Position numbers and translations under genes: made by a program
From: Eledone cirrhosa
Lineage: Eukaryota
Length of the DNA stretch: 64,000 nucleotides
NCBI GenBank assembly: GCA_964016885.1
Contig: OZ024742.1
Location: 294,748,001 to 294,812,000 of the forward strand
Reading direction: 5' to 3'
Shown: positions 12,385 through 25,159 of the stretch, in pieces
Position numbering within the stretch: position 1 is the first letter of the stretch
How the letters are laid out: each line of letters starts with the position of its first letter
Notes under the pieces: model-generated
What the model was told of the DNA's origin: nothing
Seen by the model: the letters and a program-made list of their open reading frames with translations, nothing else
Database searches by the model: none

Positions 12385-12509
12385 TGTGTACATACATATA
12401 TATTGGAAAATGTGTGAGATCCTTGGTACAGTTAGGTATATTTGAAAAAAAAGGAAAAGAATGACTTCACTTGTAGTTCTAAACAATTTGATTTAATTTT
12501 ATAATATTA

Positions 12510-13462
12510 TCTATATATATAAAACTGAGGATGTCTGTCTGTATGTGTGAGTTTGATTCCCTAAAACTCGAGAAACATCCAACCGACTGTTTTCAAACTT
12601 TACACATGTAATACTTATGTTTCAGGGAGTGTTCTGAGCAAAAACAATTTCGAATTTTCAATTCCCTAGGGACCGCATTAGGCAATTTATCGATCTCTCT
12701 ATAATTCTTTTTCTTTCTCTTTTTAGATAGATACATACATATAACGTCACACCCTTCATCATCATCATCATCATCTTCGTTTAACGTCCATCTTCCACGC
12801 TAGCATGGGTTATAATATCTGTCTGTATGTCTGACTGTCTGCATTACGTCACTTCCCTGAGGATGTCTGTGTGTGTGTGTGTGTCAGTGAGTTTGAATCC
12901 CTAAAACTTGAGAAATACCCAACCGACTTTTTTCAAACTTTACATGTGTATTCCTTATGTTTCAGGGAGTGTTATGCAATAAAATTCCACTTTTTGATCC
13001 CCTAAGGCCCGCTTTAGGTGAAAAACTGCGTTTTTTCAGGTTTTTAGGGGTTTTTTTTAGGCGTTATGTCAGACCAATTTCCTTGAAATTCTAACTATGT
13101 ATTAGTCAGTCTTTTCTTCATACTATGAGCAAAGAAAATCCAACTTTTTTATGGCCTAGGGTCCACATTAGGTGAAAAACTTCATTTTTTCAGCTTTTTA
13201 GGGCTTTTTTGAGGCGTTAAGTCTAGCCGATTTTCCTGAAATTTCAAGGCATATTATGCACATCCCCTAGGGCCTGCATTAGGTGAAAACCTGCATTTTT
13301 CCTGCTTCATCGAGTAAAATCTTAAAGATTATCCTGCCATCAGAGTATTCAGTTTATTTTCTTTACATATTGTCCAGGCATGCAGTTTTTCCACGATTAG
13401 GTGTGTTGGCGGCCCGCGTTCCAAAATACCTTATCCCGTGCAAAGCCAGGTACCACTGCTAG
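12510..13462 (+). mobile_element. Non-autonomous Helitron
   Basis: 5' TC(TATATATATAAAA), 3' imperfect GC-rich hairpin then CTAG, inserted between A and T with no TSD. Internal duplications and an RTE tail fragment at ~12757-12810. Confidence 0.8.
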
Positions 13463-13535
13463 TAATATTATAAAATTAAATCAAATTGTTTAGAACTACA
13501 AGTGAAGTCATTCTTTTCCTTTTTTACAAACATAC

Positions 13536-13537
<2 letters not shown>

Positions 13538-13615
<78 letters not shown>

Positions 13616-13770
13616 TTGAGACAGTGCAAGTATGGACATAATATACTGAACACTTTTAATCATTATAGCATCAGGTGTGTGGATTGAAGTAGGCGGGAGG
13701 GCAAATGTACAGCAAATGTAATCTGAAACCAGAGATAAATTAATGCCAGCCATTGATTATAAATCTGTGA

Positions 13771-13801
<31 letters not shown>

Positions 13802-13807
13802 ATAGGT

Positions 13808-13848
<41 letters not shown>

Positions 13849-14027
13849 CACATACGTATACATACATATACATATATATGTGCATATACATATGCATATA
13901 CAACTACAAACATACACAAATGCCTATATACACAATCATATACCTACACACTAATATATATATATATATACACACACATGCAGACAAATATATATATCTG
14001 CACATACACACATATACTTATATATAT
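13538..14027. repeat. (TA)n, (GT)n and (CA)n microsatellite cluster
   Basis: Read directly from sequence. Confidence 0.9.
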
Positions 14028-14181
14028 ATCATCATCATCATCATCATCACCGTTTAACGTCCGTGTTCCACGCTTGCATGGGTTTGGACGGGGGTAGTCC
14101 CACTTGAGGCAAGAGTGATTGTCTTGCTCGCATAGGACTGTCTGGCAGGTTTTCTACAGTTGGATGCCCTTCCTAACACCA
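14028..14181 (-). mobile_element. RTE LINE extreme 3' end
   Basis: Near-identical reverse complement of ~1475-1628. Confidence 0.88.
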
Positions 14182-14281
14182 ATATATATATATATGCAAA
14201 AGTTCTATTTAAAATTGTTGGGATACAACAAGTAAATATTTTTATAACTGATATAAAGCACTCGACAAGTATTTGGAGTAG

Positions 14282-14563
14282 ATATACGATATTAATAAAT
14301 GGAAACTATATTTATAAAACCATATTTATTTCATTATACATATTTCAGGGATACCAAATTAAATTATGGTATGCCTTCATCATGGCTTCCAAAAATAATG
14401 GTTGCATTTTAATAGGGTACGTCAAAGCTTATTTGTAAAACTGTTATATATTGTATTTTGTCTGATGAAGGCATACCATAATTTAATTTGGTATCCCTGA
14501 AATATGTATAATGAAATAAATATGGTTTTATAAATATAGTTTCCATTTATTAATATCGTATAT
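14282..14563. repeat. ~100-bp inverted repeat (arms 14282-14382 and 14463-14563), Penelope pseudo-LTR-like
   Basis: Arms are reverse complements separated by an 80-nt spacer; the right arm carries a hammerhead core. Confidence 0.85.
14454..14518 (+). ncRNA. Minimal type I hammerhead ribozyme
   Basis: Stem I TATTTTGT/ATGAAATA; core CTGATGA 14462-14468; stem II AGGCATACCA/TGGTATCCCT (9 of 10 pairs); GAAA 14499-14502; short stem III; cleavage triplet AUA 14508-14510. Confidence 0.72.
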
Positions 14564-14689
14564 ATATATATATATATTCTCAGGCCAGGTGATGTGTTGT
14601 TTCCTTGAGCAAGACACTTTATTTCACATTGTTCCAGTTTACTCAGCTGTAGACATGAGATGATAGGACTGGGGTCCCTATCATTCCAC

Positions 14690-14912
14690 TGCAAAGTGGT
14701 CATGGAGGTGCCACAACAAAAAAAGCACCCAGCACTCACTGTAAATGAGGTTGGTGTTAGGAAGGGCATCCAGCTGTAGAAATCAAGCCAGAATCAGTTC
14801 CCGTATGTCCATGACAAGGTCAGCCGACCGGACACTGCCCACAACAGGACAACCCGTCTAACCCATGCTAGCATGGAAGAACCGATGTAAAACGGTGATG
14901 ATGATGATGATG
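14690..14912 (+). mobile_element. RTE-type 3'UTR fragment (second subfamily) with (GAT)n tail
   Basis: GTTAGGAAGGGCATCCAGCTGTAGAA and CCCATGCTAGCATGGAAG blocks; resembles the 3'UTR of the 46905-49315 element. Confidence 0.8.
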
Positions 14913-14961
14913 ATATATATATATAAATGGAAAAGTAAATAACAACAACAAGGAGTACAGT

Positions 14962-14993
<32 letters not shown>

Positions 14994-15655
14994 AATATAT
15001 ACCTGCACATACACACATATACCTATATATGTACATATGTGTGTGTGAGTGGGGGTTTGTTTGTTGTGTGTATGATATGTATTTATAAAACTCAATCTTT
15101 CTTTAAATAAACAGAGGTTGCCAAAGAAGGCAGATTAGCAGTGAGTAGTAGTTCTGTTTAACTATTTTATTTCAAAGACATGACATAGATAAGTCAATAC
15201 ATATAAATACTTGTTTCTACTTTAGGCACAAGGCCAGCAATTAACCAGTGCATTACTGGTACTTTATTTTATCAACCCCATAAGGGTGAAAGGCAAAGTT
15301 AACATACTGTGGGTTAGATATGTTTAATCCACCATATGACCAGTTTAAACCAGTTTAAGGTCTACCAGTCATTATGTTTATATAAACACACATACACAGT
15401 CACTCATGCACACACTCACATATATATATATATATATATATATATACATTTAAATGTGTTTAACTTACTGTATCTCAAATGAAGGTGTACAGCCTGTTCA
15501 TGATGTTTATATAAAAACACACACATACACATACATACACATATACATACACACATATACTCATACATACACAGACACACACGCACGTACACATCTACAC
15601 ACACACATTTGTAAACTGGATGAAACGTTCAGCAAATACAGATAACATAAGTCTG

Positions 15656-15701
<46 letters not shown>

Positions 15702-15773
15702 GTGTGTGTGAGTCCCAGGTTCAATTGGGGGTAACCACAATAAGGTACTCAATACATTAGTAGAGTGTAAACA

Positions 15774-15911
15774 TCATGTTTAATATAGAAATGGCTTCTA
15801 CGAGACTAGAACTGTTTCATTCAAAATGAAATCATCAGGAAAGCTTTCATGATGATTTCTTTTGAATGAAACAGTTCTAGTCAGTTACAAGCCATTTCTA
15901 CATTAAACATG

Positions 15912-15913
<2 letters not shown>
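15774..15913. repeat. ~140-bp near-perfect palindrome of a hammerhead-containing Penelope-like terminus
   Basis: Centre GAAAG|CTTTC at 15839-15848; a single-arm copy occurs at ~51751-51825. Confidence 0.85.
15794..15844 (-). ncRNA. Candidate minimal hammerhead ribozyme
   Basis: GCTTTC-CTGATGA-TTTCATTTTGAAT-GAAAC-AGTTCTAGTCTC-GTA-GAAGC. Stem I pairs with one bulge; the first stem II position is a U.U mismatch. Confidence 0.5.
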
Positions 15914-15997
<84 letters not shown>

Positions 15998-17823
15998 ATA
16001 TATCGGGCACACAAGTAGAAGGGCATGTTTTTTTTGTTTTGTTTTTTTTGCCTGTCGCATATCACATAATTGGATTTTCATCTGAAGATATCATTTCCAT
16101 ACCAACAAAAAATGCATACGTTACATCTTGGATTGCATAAGGGAACCATTGAAATAATTATAATGAATACATGATTTATGTAATATCAACATCTTTTTTA
16201 ATGTTATTCTTATATATATATATATATATATTAGAATATGTGTTTAAAATACTGTAGTATTTAAAACATTCAAACATTAACTGAATGAGCATTGGATACT
16301 GGTGGGTAGAGTGCAGGAACTTATTTCTTTCTAAGTAGAAAAGTGACAATCTACAAAAGGGACCATAAATCAGTTGAGAGTGATAAGAGGGGCAATGTTT
16401 AGTCTCAGAAAACCCCACACACTACTTATAATTGTCCTTCATAACTTACTGTGAGATTATTTAGATAAATAGACAGTTAAGAAGCCAATTACAACAAAAT
16501 ATTCTATTATCTGCTACACCAGGGCAGTCTAGCTTTGGTGGATAAAGACATTCTGTACTCTCTTGTATAGAGGTTGGCACTGCATGCAGGCTGCTGCTGT
16601 TTCTCTTATAGTTCTTTTATTTCTTTGATATAAAGCCAACACAGAAAGTTGTTGAGTAAATGGTAGAATGTGTAGGGTAATGCTAGATTTAGAGTGAGTC
16701 TCACAGGGAAAGAGACGGGAATAAATACTTATGTGTCTCAGGAGTCAATGGGAGTTGAGCTACTGTTTTATTTACAGATACTTTGAGTCTTAAAATAGAC
16801 TTTTTAAGAACAGATGTTGGTAATTAGAGCTTGTATGTATATGACTGTGTAGGTGAAATTAAAACACAGTAGACTATAGATGTAGATATACACATAGACA
16901 CATATGCATATAGTCATACATACGTGTACATACATGTAGATACACTTAAACATATACATCTCTAACAGTTATTTACCTGACTTATTCGATTGGTTTATAA
17001 TTATATAGGAATTGTGACAGAGTTTCACTACAAAAGCAAATAAATTTCAAACTTGCTCAATTTTTTTCATAAACATCAGTTTACACACACAAGCCTAAAA
17101 TAATGCATACCATTACTCCAGTAAATAATATATGTCATATATTATTTATATTCAGACATCCTGTTCTTGCTCTTGAGAATGTACACAACACTTCCAGAGC
17201 ATCATGCATACTTCAAAATCACTGTAGAAGCCCTCTTTCTAAACACCATCCAGTATAGCCTACAATTCTATGTAAATTTCATCTATCATCTTGAAGCCTT
17301 GTTCATCTTCTCACCAAGCTCAAAGCACACGTCAAAATGCCATTGCTTTTCTTGAGGTGTGTGGGTGTGTTGGTGTGTGTGTGGGGGGGGGGGGGGGGGG
17401 AAGCAAAAGCCAGAGTACATAATTTTGTACCGATACACTGCATGTTCAAGATTTCCAAGTGAATCTCCTGGCAGACTCATAGCTAATTCCAATCATTTGA
17501 GAGAACTGATAGTTTCTTTAGAGATGATATTTACAGAAAAGTTCCCAAATTGTATTTATGCTTTCTGGAGTTTTACTAGTGATCACTCACCACCTTGAAC
17601 CAACACTCAGCTGGCCTTCAAACATGAATGACACTAAAATCTGTTCTTAATAAAGAATATTTTCCAAAACCCTAATGGTCTTGGCAGAAAATTTACCAAG
17701 CTTCATGAAAAATTTGAAATAGGCACATTGCTCAAATCCGTCAGCCACAGTAAAAGTTGCAGAGTTGTTCTAACAATGTTATAAAACCTCATGTAACAAT
17801 TGAATGATCACACACACACGCAT

Positions 17824-18090
17824 ATACTCTCGGCTCCCAAATAATAGGGGATGTTGGAATAAGCATGGGGGGGGGGGGGGATTCGATAATTTTTCTTGGT
17901 TGTTTCCTCTGATTTTTTTTAAAAACTAGAGTTAGTCGTTTAGTTTACATATTGGGACCCCAACTGATCTTAGTTTTTTTATAATGTATGGGATTTCTAA
18001 TAATGTATATTTTTTGTTATGTTTAATGTATAAAGAAAATTAATTGCTGCAGGAATAAAATTTCGCTGGAGATAGATTAGCAAAATTTAT
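17824..18090 (+). mobile_element. TA-flanked MITE (Tc1/mariner-pogo type), partial
   Basis: Begins TACTCTCGGCTCCCAAATAATAGG; homologous to 38312-38677 and 52700-53088. Confidence 0.65.
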
Positions 18091-18289
18091 ATGCAGTGGT
18101 GGTGGTGGTGGTGGTGGTGGGTAATTATTTGAAACACAAGAGCACCTATTTTGCCATTGTACACATGAATGTTACCTATTTTACCACACAAAACAAGTCA
18201 CTTTCAACTACAGATAAAAATCTGGTTTAATGTGTTTACAGTGAAGATAATATTTTGGATTCAACTACAAGTTAATTGCTGTATTTCCC

Positions 18290-18860
18290 AGCCCATACGG
18301 TGCACTTGATTTTATACAATATTATGCTGTTTTGGCTTGTGAATATCGTGCAAAGTTCTTGACTTTACTAATCTGTAAAGGAAATACAATACTGAAAGAA
18401 ATTATCCCACCTGGTGTTCACAACCAACACACAAAACAGTGCGAAGCTGTGATTAGAAAAAGTATGGTTCTGGAAACAAGGTGGTTTGATGAAAATACCA
18501 GCATTACTAATGTGAGGTTAATTTGAAGATCATGAAATAAAAACAACAAAGAAAACACTTGAGCAATAGGAAACTAAGCAAGCAGTTAATACTGGACATG
18601 ACCGTTTCTGTAACATTCACTGGACATTGCAAACAATAAGCCATTTAACTGTTTTTCATGAGAAGAGTAGATCATGTAGATGGCCACCTGGGATTTAATA
18701 ACTTCAGCAGGATGACTGAAGTAAGCTTCAATTACATAGGCATGTCAGTGGGTGAAGTCATCACAGACAGTAGTGAGAGTAGAAATAATAACTAATGCAT
18801 TAAAAATATGGAATGAGTAATGTGATGGATGGCATCAAAGATGAACTTCGCTTTAAAGAT
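18290..18860 (+). pseudogene. Degenerate pogo/Tigger-family DDE transposase
   Basis: Across frames: AKFLTLLICKGNTILKEIIPPGV, LDIANNKPF, ACQWVK, GMSNVMDG. These match pogo DDE_1 motifs (KLPPxxIFK..KExIPxG; LQPLDVxVNKPFK; CGISNxxDG). Confidence 0.7.
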
Positions 18861-19289
18861 AGCAATGACCCAGAAACAGCTAGCAGTAGTAATGGCAATG
18901 TAGATGACAGCAAAGATAGGTGTGTGTGTTAATATACATTATATTTAATAGAAAATAAACTAAACGCAGCATCCAGTTATCTGTGGTTCTTCTGATAAAC
19001 ATATTTCGCATTAATTATTAATCCTAAAATAGAGTGCTGAGAAAACTATTTTTGAATATAATGAGGTCATGAGTGCACTCCACCGATCTCCAGAGCATCA
19101 AGGGAAAATCAGCAGGGTGTAAAGGTACCTGAACTTGGCAATACCTTTGGAAACACCTTCATGAGTAGTTGGTGGGGTGACAATCTTACTTTATTTATGC
19201 TTTACTTGTAGTGTATCTCCAAATGAATGAAAACTAATTACATGTAGAGAAGAGTGAATCCAGCGCTGATCCAGTAAAATACTGACCTA

Positions 19290-19605
19290 TAATATACTTA
19301 GTTGTGAGGTGTGCAAGGCTACATAATGATACAATTAGTTGTGAGGTGTGTAACATCATGTTGTGATATACTTAGTTGTGAGGTGTACAGCGCCATATCA
19401 TGACACACTTAGTTGTGAGAAGCACAGTGTTATATTGTGATGCAACTAGTTGTGAGGTGTGAGTATCATATCATGATATAACCAGTTGTATTATGATACA
19501 ACTAGTTGTGAGGTCTGTAGTGCCATATTGTGATACAACTAATTGTGAGGTATGTAGTGCCATATCATGATACAAGTAGTTGTGAGGTCTGTGGTGCTAT
19601 ATTTC
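19290..19605. repeat. Tandem minisatellite, ~38-bp unit with core TAGTTGTGAGGT
   Basis: About 8 diverged copies of TGATACAACTAGTTGTGAGGT... Confidence 0.85.
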
Positions 19606-19833
19606 ATAACAAGAAACTAACAAATTAATTTCTCATTATGATCTTTGATTATATTATTGAGTGAGCTAAATATTTATAATGTATTTACCATCATTGGTGA
19701 GCATTGTCAGATTATGGGTAGAAGATGACTGAGCTGTGGCATTGGTAAACTCTAGGCTATAGTAGAAGATACTTGCCCAAGAAGCCACACATTGAGAGTG
19801 AATTTGAAACCATGTGACTGCAAAACAAACAGC

Positions 19834-20073
19834 TTAACCCTTTCATGACCATATTTTTAATGAAATACACCCTATTTTAATTAATTAATGAAGAATTTTG
19901 AGGGATTTACTAAAATTATTAATCATTTCATTACTTAGATAGTAACTTAACATAAGTTCTTACATAAAATTATGTTGGAAAATTCTAATTTAAATGAGAA
20001 CCTTTTCAAATGGGTGGTTTTGTTTCATAGAATCAGAGCCAGTTTTGGCCAGGCTGGTAACTGAAGGGTTAAC
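19834..20073. mobile_element. TTAA-flanked MITE family 1 (piggyBac-like CCCT...AGGG termini)
   Basis: TTAACCCTT...AAGGGTTAA; further copies at ~29144-29380, ~30395-30635 and ~58062-58322. Confidence 0.8.
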
Positions 20074-20604
20074 CACACAGCCATGCCTGCACCTATAAAA
20101 GTATATCATTTGAGTGGAATTTTGTCTTTCTGGTTTAGAGTGTTTATTATCAGTTAAATCAATTTAAGAATACTTGAATGTTTTGAATAAGAGAATGTCT
20201 ATGAGTAATTAAGAGAAAATGTTTAAAACCAGCAATTCCAGAGATTGTTCCATTCATTTGTGAAGGCTCTCAGCTTAATGGTTATAGTGTTTAGCTCTCA
20301 ATCATAAGGCTATGAGTTCGATTCCTGAGGTTACATAATGTTCTTGAGCAAGATACTTTATTTCAGAGACCTATGAATATCTGTGTCAGTGAAGGTGGGA
20401 GGATAAGTCACACCCAAATGAAAGACAATGTCAGAAAAGGGGTATTATAGGCAAGTGTAACTTATTTTAAACATAGAGCTCAATTCAAAGAATAGAATAT
20501 TTGTGATAAACAACTTAGCTGTACCTGTTGTTCAGTATAGCCTTAACAACACAAGAAATAAAAAAAAATGAGAAACTAAGACTTGTAAACTTTTCATAAG
20601 TCAC

Positions 20605-20990
20605 CGTATGCATCCCCCTAAGGTGGATGATGACCGACTCTAACTTTCCAGATCTGAAGGAAGCAGAGGTATATTCTAATTTGAATTGACCTACAAGAAA
20701 ACAATTGGTCTGCACCAATATCTTGAAGCAACCAATAATTGGATGATGCAGGCCATAAAACAACCTGAAACCATCAAAATACTTTACTTTGTGATCAAAG
20801 AAAGCATCAAATATAAACAGGAAATAAATCTAAACACAGTTGAGACACATGAAACTTCTCTACTGCCAACAGTGGCAGCAAAACCTACAAAGATAAAAGC
20901 AAAGAAGCAACCTTTGAGCAGATAAAAACAAAATGGCAAGCTAAACCTCCATATGGCCAGTATCTGACTCACACCACAGGGATCGCTGAC
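20605..20990 (+). mobile_element. R4/Dong-clade LINE fragment (post-RT region)
   Basis: HPPKVDDDRL*LSRSEGSRG, IGLHQYL and WQAKPPYGQY resemble the R4-clade motifs HPKADVDRLYLPRxEGGRGL and WxxKPLHGQY. Confidence 0.7.
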
Positions 20991-21559
20991 AACAATTTCC
21001 ATCTAAATTAGATAGCTAAACCAAACAGCTTTTGGATGTTAACAACATTGTATGCAAAGAATCATGGTTATGAAATTCATAGAAAATGTATGAATTCCAG
21101 ATACAGAAAATAATTGTAAATACAGTTTGTTGCTATAAATAATAGCTTAGAAAATCAAGTAAAATACACCCATGGATGAAAAAAGTGTACAATGGCTGCT
21201 ATGAAGAATCAAACCACTTTCTCTCAAATTCCTTGTGTGCTCTTAAACCATTGAGCTAAAGGACTTTTGACAATAATTTCCATCTAGATTTGATAGCTAA
21301 ATTCAATAGCCATCTAAAAATGGATGGTTAGACAGATAGATAAATACATAGGTAGAACAAAGTGATAATAATTTACTGGAGATATGTTTGATAATGATTA
21401 AAGAAAATATAGAAGAAAATTATTGTAATTGATTTAAATAAATGTAAAATGAAAAACAGTGACGGTCAGTGTGACAGAGTGGGTAGGTCAAGGAAAATTG
21501 AGGATTCAAGCAACTTTATGCAGAAGGTTGTAATTATGGAAATAAAGTCTGTCTTAAGC

Positions 21560-21820
21560 CAGATGTTTATTAGGCCAGTGCTTATCCCGGTTTCATGGCA
21601 TGAAGCAGCTGAGAGTACAAGACGTCCCCCTGGACAGAATGCCACTCCATCACAGGGTTAAACCCACAGCTATTGCTGGTTCTCATTTACAGCTGAATAT
21701 ACTGGAGCAACCTAAAATGAGGTATTTTGCAAAAGAACACAACACACAACCCAGCTCAGGAATTGAACCCACGACATTATCATTGTAAATCCAACACCTT
21801 TACCACTAGGCCACATGCCT
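21560..21820 (-). mobile_element. tRNA-derived SINE family B
   Basis: Reverse complement of the 52055-52340 family. Confidence 0.75.
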
Positions 21821-21979
21821 AATTATGGAGATATTAAGCTAAATGTTTTTTACTATAAATTCCATCATTTTCATCAGATACTTTGCTAGTCTTGTAATAA
21901 ACCACATCTTTATTTAACTTTAATAACCTTTGTATTTGCTGAAAGTTTACTGTTATGGAACCAATTAAAACATTGTAGT

Positions 21980-21997
21980 TGTTTTGGCTAACAACTA

Positions 21998-22085
<88 letters not shown>

Positions 22086-22270
22086 CATGTATTTATATAT
22101 ATATATATTTACAAACACACACATTCACAGACATATGTATGTGTGTTTATGTATATACTCAAGCACACACACACGTACACATACACATACATCTGTGTGT
22201 GTGCATTTATATATATATATCTGTATATTCTTAAAAATACACACATATATGTTTATATATAAATATACTG
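21980..22270. repeat. (GT)n, (TA)n and (CA)n microsatellites
   Basis: Read directly from sequence. Confidence 0.9.
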
Positions 22271-22534
22271 AAAAAACACACTAATGTTGTCCAAGGAGAT
22301 GGTAAAAAGCTAATAAGCTTGGCACCAGTGTTATCACAACTTGTTTTTGTTGTTTTTTTCTAGCAGAGTGGATTGGAGCAACATGAAATAAAATGTCTTG
22401 CTCAAAGTCACAATGTACTGCCTGAACAAGGAATAAAGCTCATGACATTATGGTTCTAAGCCCACCATTGACAACTAAGCTATGCATCTTCACACACACT
22501 CACACACACACACACACACATACATATATATGTG

Positions 22535-22655
22535 AAGGCATGTGGCTGAGTGGTTAGAGAATTGAATTCACAATCATGAGATTCTGAGATCGATTCCCAG
22601 ACCAGGTGATGCATTATGTCTTTGAGCAAGACACTTTATTTGATGTTGCTCCTTC
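22535..22655 (+). mobile_element. SINE family B, 5' part
   Basis: TGGCTGAGTGG box A, GATCGATTCC box B, TGTCTTTGAGCAAGACACTT core block. Confidence 0.7.
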
Positions 22656-25159
22656 TGTCTGAAGTTGTGACTGACAGATAGTATTAGCAATTGAAAAGAC
22701 CAATGGAAACAGTGTTTCCTCAGTCCAATTTGACGAAGGTCGATTGACTGTCAATATATATATACCCACACTCACAAACATGTGTGTATTATATACACAG
22801 CCAGCTGCACTCACACATGCTCATATATATGTAAGTGAGTGTTGTGTGGGGGTATGTTTGCATCTATATATGTATCTATTTATATATGTATGATGCCATA
22901 TTTAAGATTTTCCAGTTGTCGGTGAAATAAAAATACCTTACTAGCTACAGACTGTGAATTGGCAAACTCTTCAGAGTGTTGAATTAAATACCTCACTATT
23001 TGTTCCAGCTTTCAGTGATCTGGGTTAAAATCCATTGAAGATCAACTTTGACTTTCATTCTTTTACAGTTGATAAATAAAGCATTAGTATTAGACTTAAT
23101 TCTGCCTGCTTCTCTTTCATACTTTCCTTTTCTCTTTCATTCTGTTTCTTGGGAAGAAATGAGCTGTGTTCTAACCTAGACAGTGATGGGTTCTACCAGG
23201 TTTAAAATGCCCACGACAGATCTCCATCAAGAGTTGAGGGTTCTTTCCTTTCCTTTTTTTCCTTAGTAAAAACATACCCATCGTCACAATTCTAGAAAGA
23301 TGATGATTAATAGTCTTAAACATCAAAATAGACTGAGTGGGTTTGTCAAAAAGGATAGATTTCATGCAAAGTAGGAAACAATGACAACAATAAACACATA
23401 CACACAAACATATAATAAATATTAAAATAAACAAAAAATAGTAAAAAACAACAACAAACAAACAAGAAACAAAATGAGTCAAAGCAGTTAATAGCAGAAA
23501 TATGAACAGAACAGATGCAGTAGTACAGGTGAATACGAAATATATTTTGTAATGTCTCATCAGAAGACTATGTACCTAGGTTTGGCCTTACGTTTCATGT
23601 CATAGTCATGTTTACTTTGGTTATTTGTTGTTCACCATACATCCATATGTAATGCCAGTTAAGAGGATTGCTTGTTGTGACCAGATGTAGTTTGTATTAG
23701 TAATTTGGTTGATCAGTTGTTCATTGTACTGTGGCAGAATTTGTAGTTGTAACTGTTGGCTTGATGAGTGTTCTGTGAGTTGATCTCTCTCATATAAAGG
23801 ATTGTTTGAATGTTTGTGACTTATGGCAAATGAATTGTGTTTGTATTTCAGTGAGTTGAGTTGTTGAAAGTTGAAAGTAAAATTGCCATTAGTACTATTC
23901 AATGAAAGGCCATTACTTCAATAATTTTTAATAAGAAATAACTTACATCGAAGTTGTTATGATAACATAGGAAAAACAACAAAGAGTCAAAGTGAAATTG
24001 TGTGTTACGTTTGTGTGATGGGTTTGACATGCTGTAGGATTCTAAAAGGATGCATGGAACTAACTGTTGTTGGAATTGAATGGAAGTATGACTGCCTTGG
24101 CTTACTGGACAACAAGGCTGATCTGTTGGCAGCTACATTGTTCTGGTCTCTGTCACAAACTAAACTGAACTAAGCACTGGACAGCCAGGAGCAGACTATT
24201 TATGATAATTCTGTTGTTATTGACAATAAGCAGATGACCCATTATTCAAGTCAACTTCAACTCCTTGAAAATCTATATTTGGGTTGTTGAACCATACATG
24301 AATTAAATTCCAGATTTCGGCCATGCGAACAGTTTCAAGACAGTCCATTTCGTCTACCAATATCACTTTCAATAACTCAGAGTGCATTTTAAATGCAGTT
24401 GTACCCATCTATAAGGACTTCAGTATTATCAGCTCTTGTTGGCCAATGGGTGTCTAGATTTCTGGCATGATTTGCTTTTAACAATAAGCTGCTTTTTTAA
24501 AACACACAGTGAGAGATAGAAGAGAAAGCCAGAATAGAGAGGAGAGAAACAGATTAGAGACAAGAGAAAGGGTGAGAGAAAGAGAGAGAAATAGAGAGGG
24601 TAGAAAGAGAGAGTGAAAGAAAGACAGAGGAGGGGGAAGATGGCCACTCCTTCAATAGCCTAAGTCCATTAGTTACAATTACAAAGATAAGATGTCTACT
24701 GATTTTATTGCCTGCTATGAATGTGTACATACAAGCACACAAATACACACAAACACACACACAGACATATGTGCATGTATAAATGCATATGCATACACAA
24801 CCTTAAAAACATCAACACCAGTATTTATATACATATAAATAAACAACTAACTGACTCATGAGGTCTGGTCTAATATAATTGGTTACAATGAGATAGAAAG
24901 AGCTAACATAAATAGGTAAAAGACTTGTGTTCAATTTGACTACTGAATCCTGAACAGTTAAAACATTTCGAAATATATACTCTATTGTTGGGTTGAAACA
25001 GTATGTCAACTAAATCTCATCCATATGGAATTTTTATCTTTCTTATAATTATTTGGTGTGGTAAATAAATATATATATATACACCAGGTCTGAACACAAT
25101 GGAATCAAACTGCACTGTCACTGCCTCTGTCTCTCCTGCTCTCCCGATCTCTCACTATT

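Noticed and set aside
16969-16995. Minus-strand CAG|GTAAAT (also ~6840 and ~49425) as recursive sites
   Set aside because: No adequate polypyrimidine tract.
19290-19605. CRISPR-like appearance of the regularly spaced repeat
   Set aside because: Eukaryotic context, the inter-core sequences are homologous to each other rather than unique spacers, and there are no cas genes.
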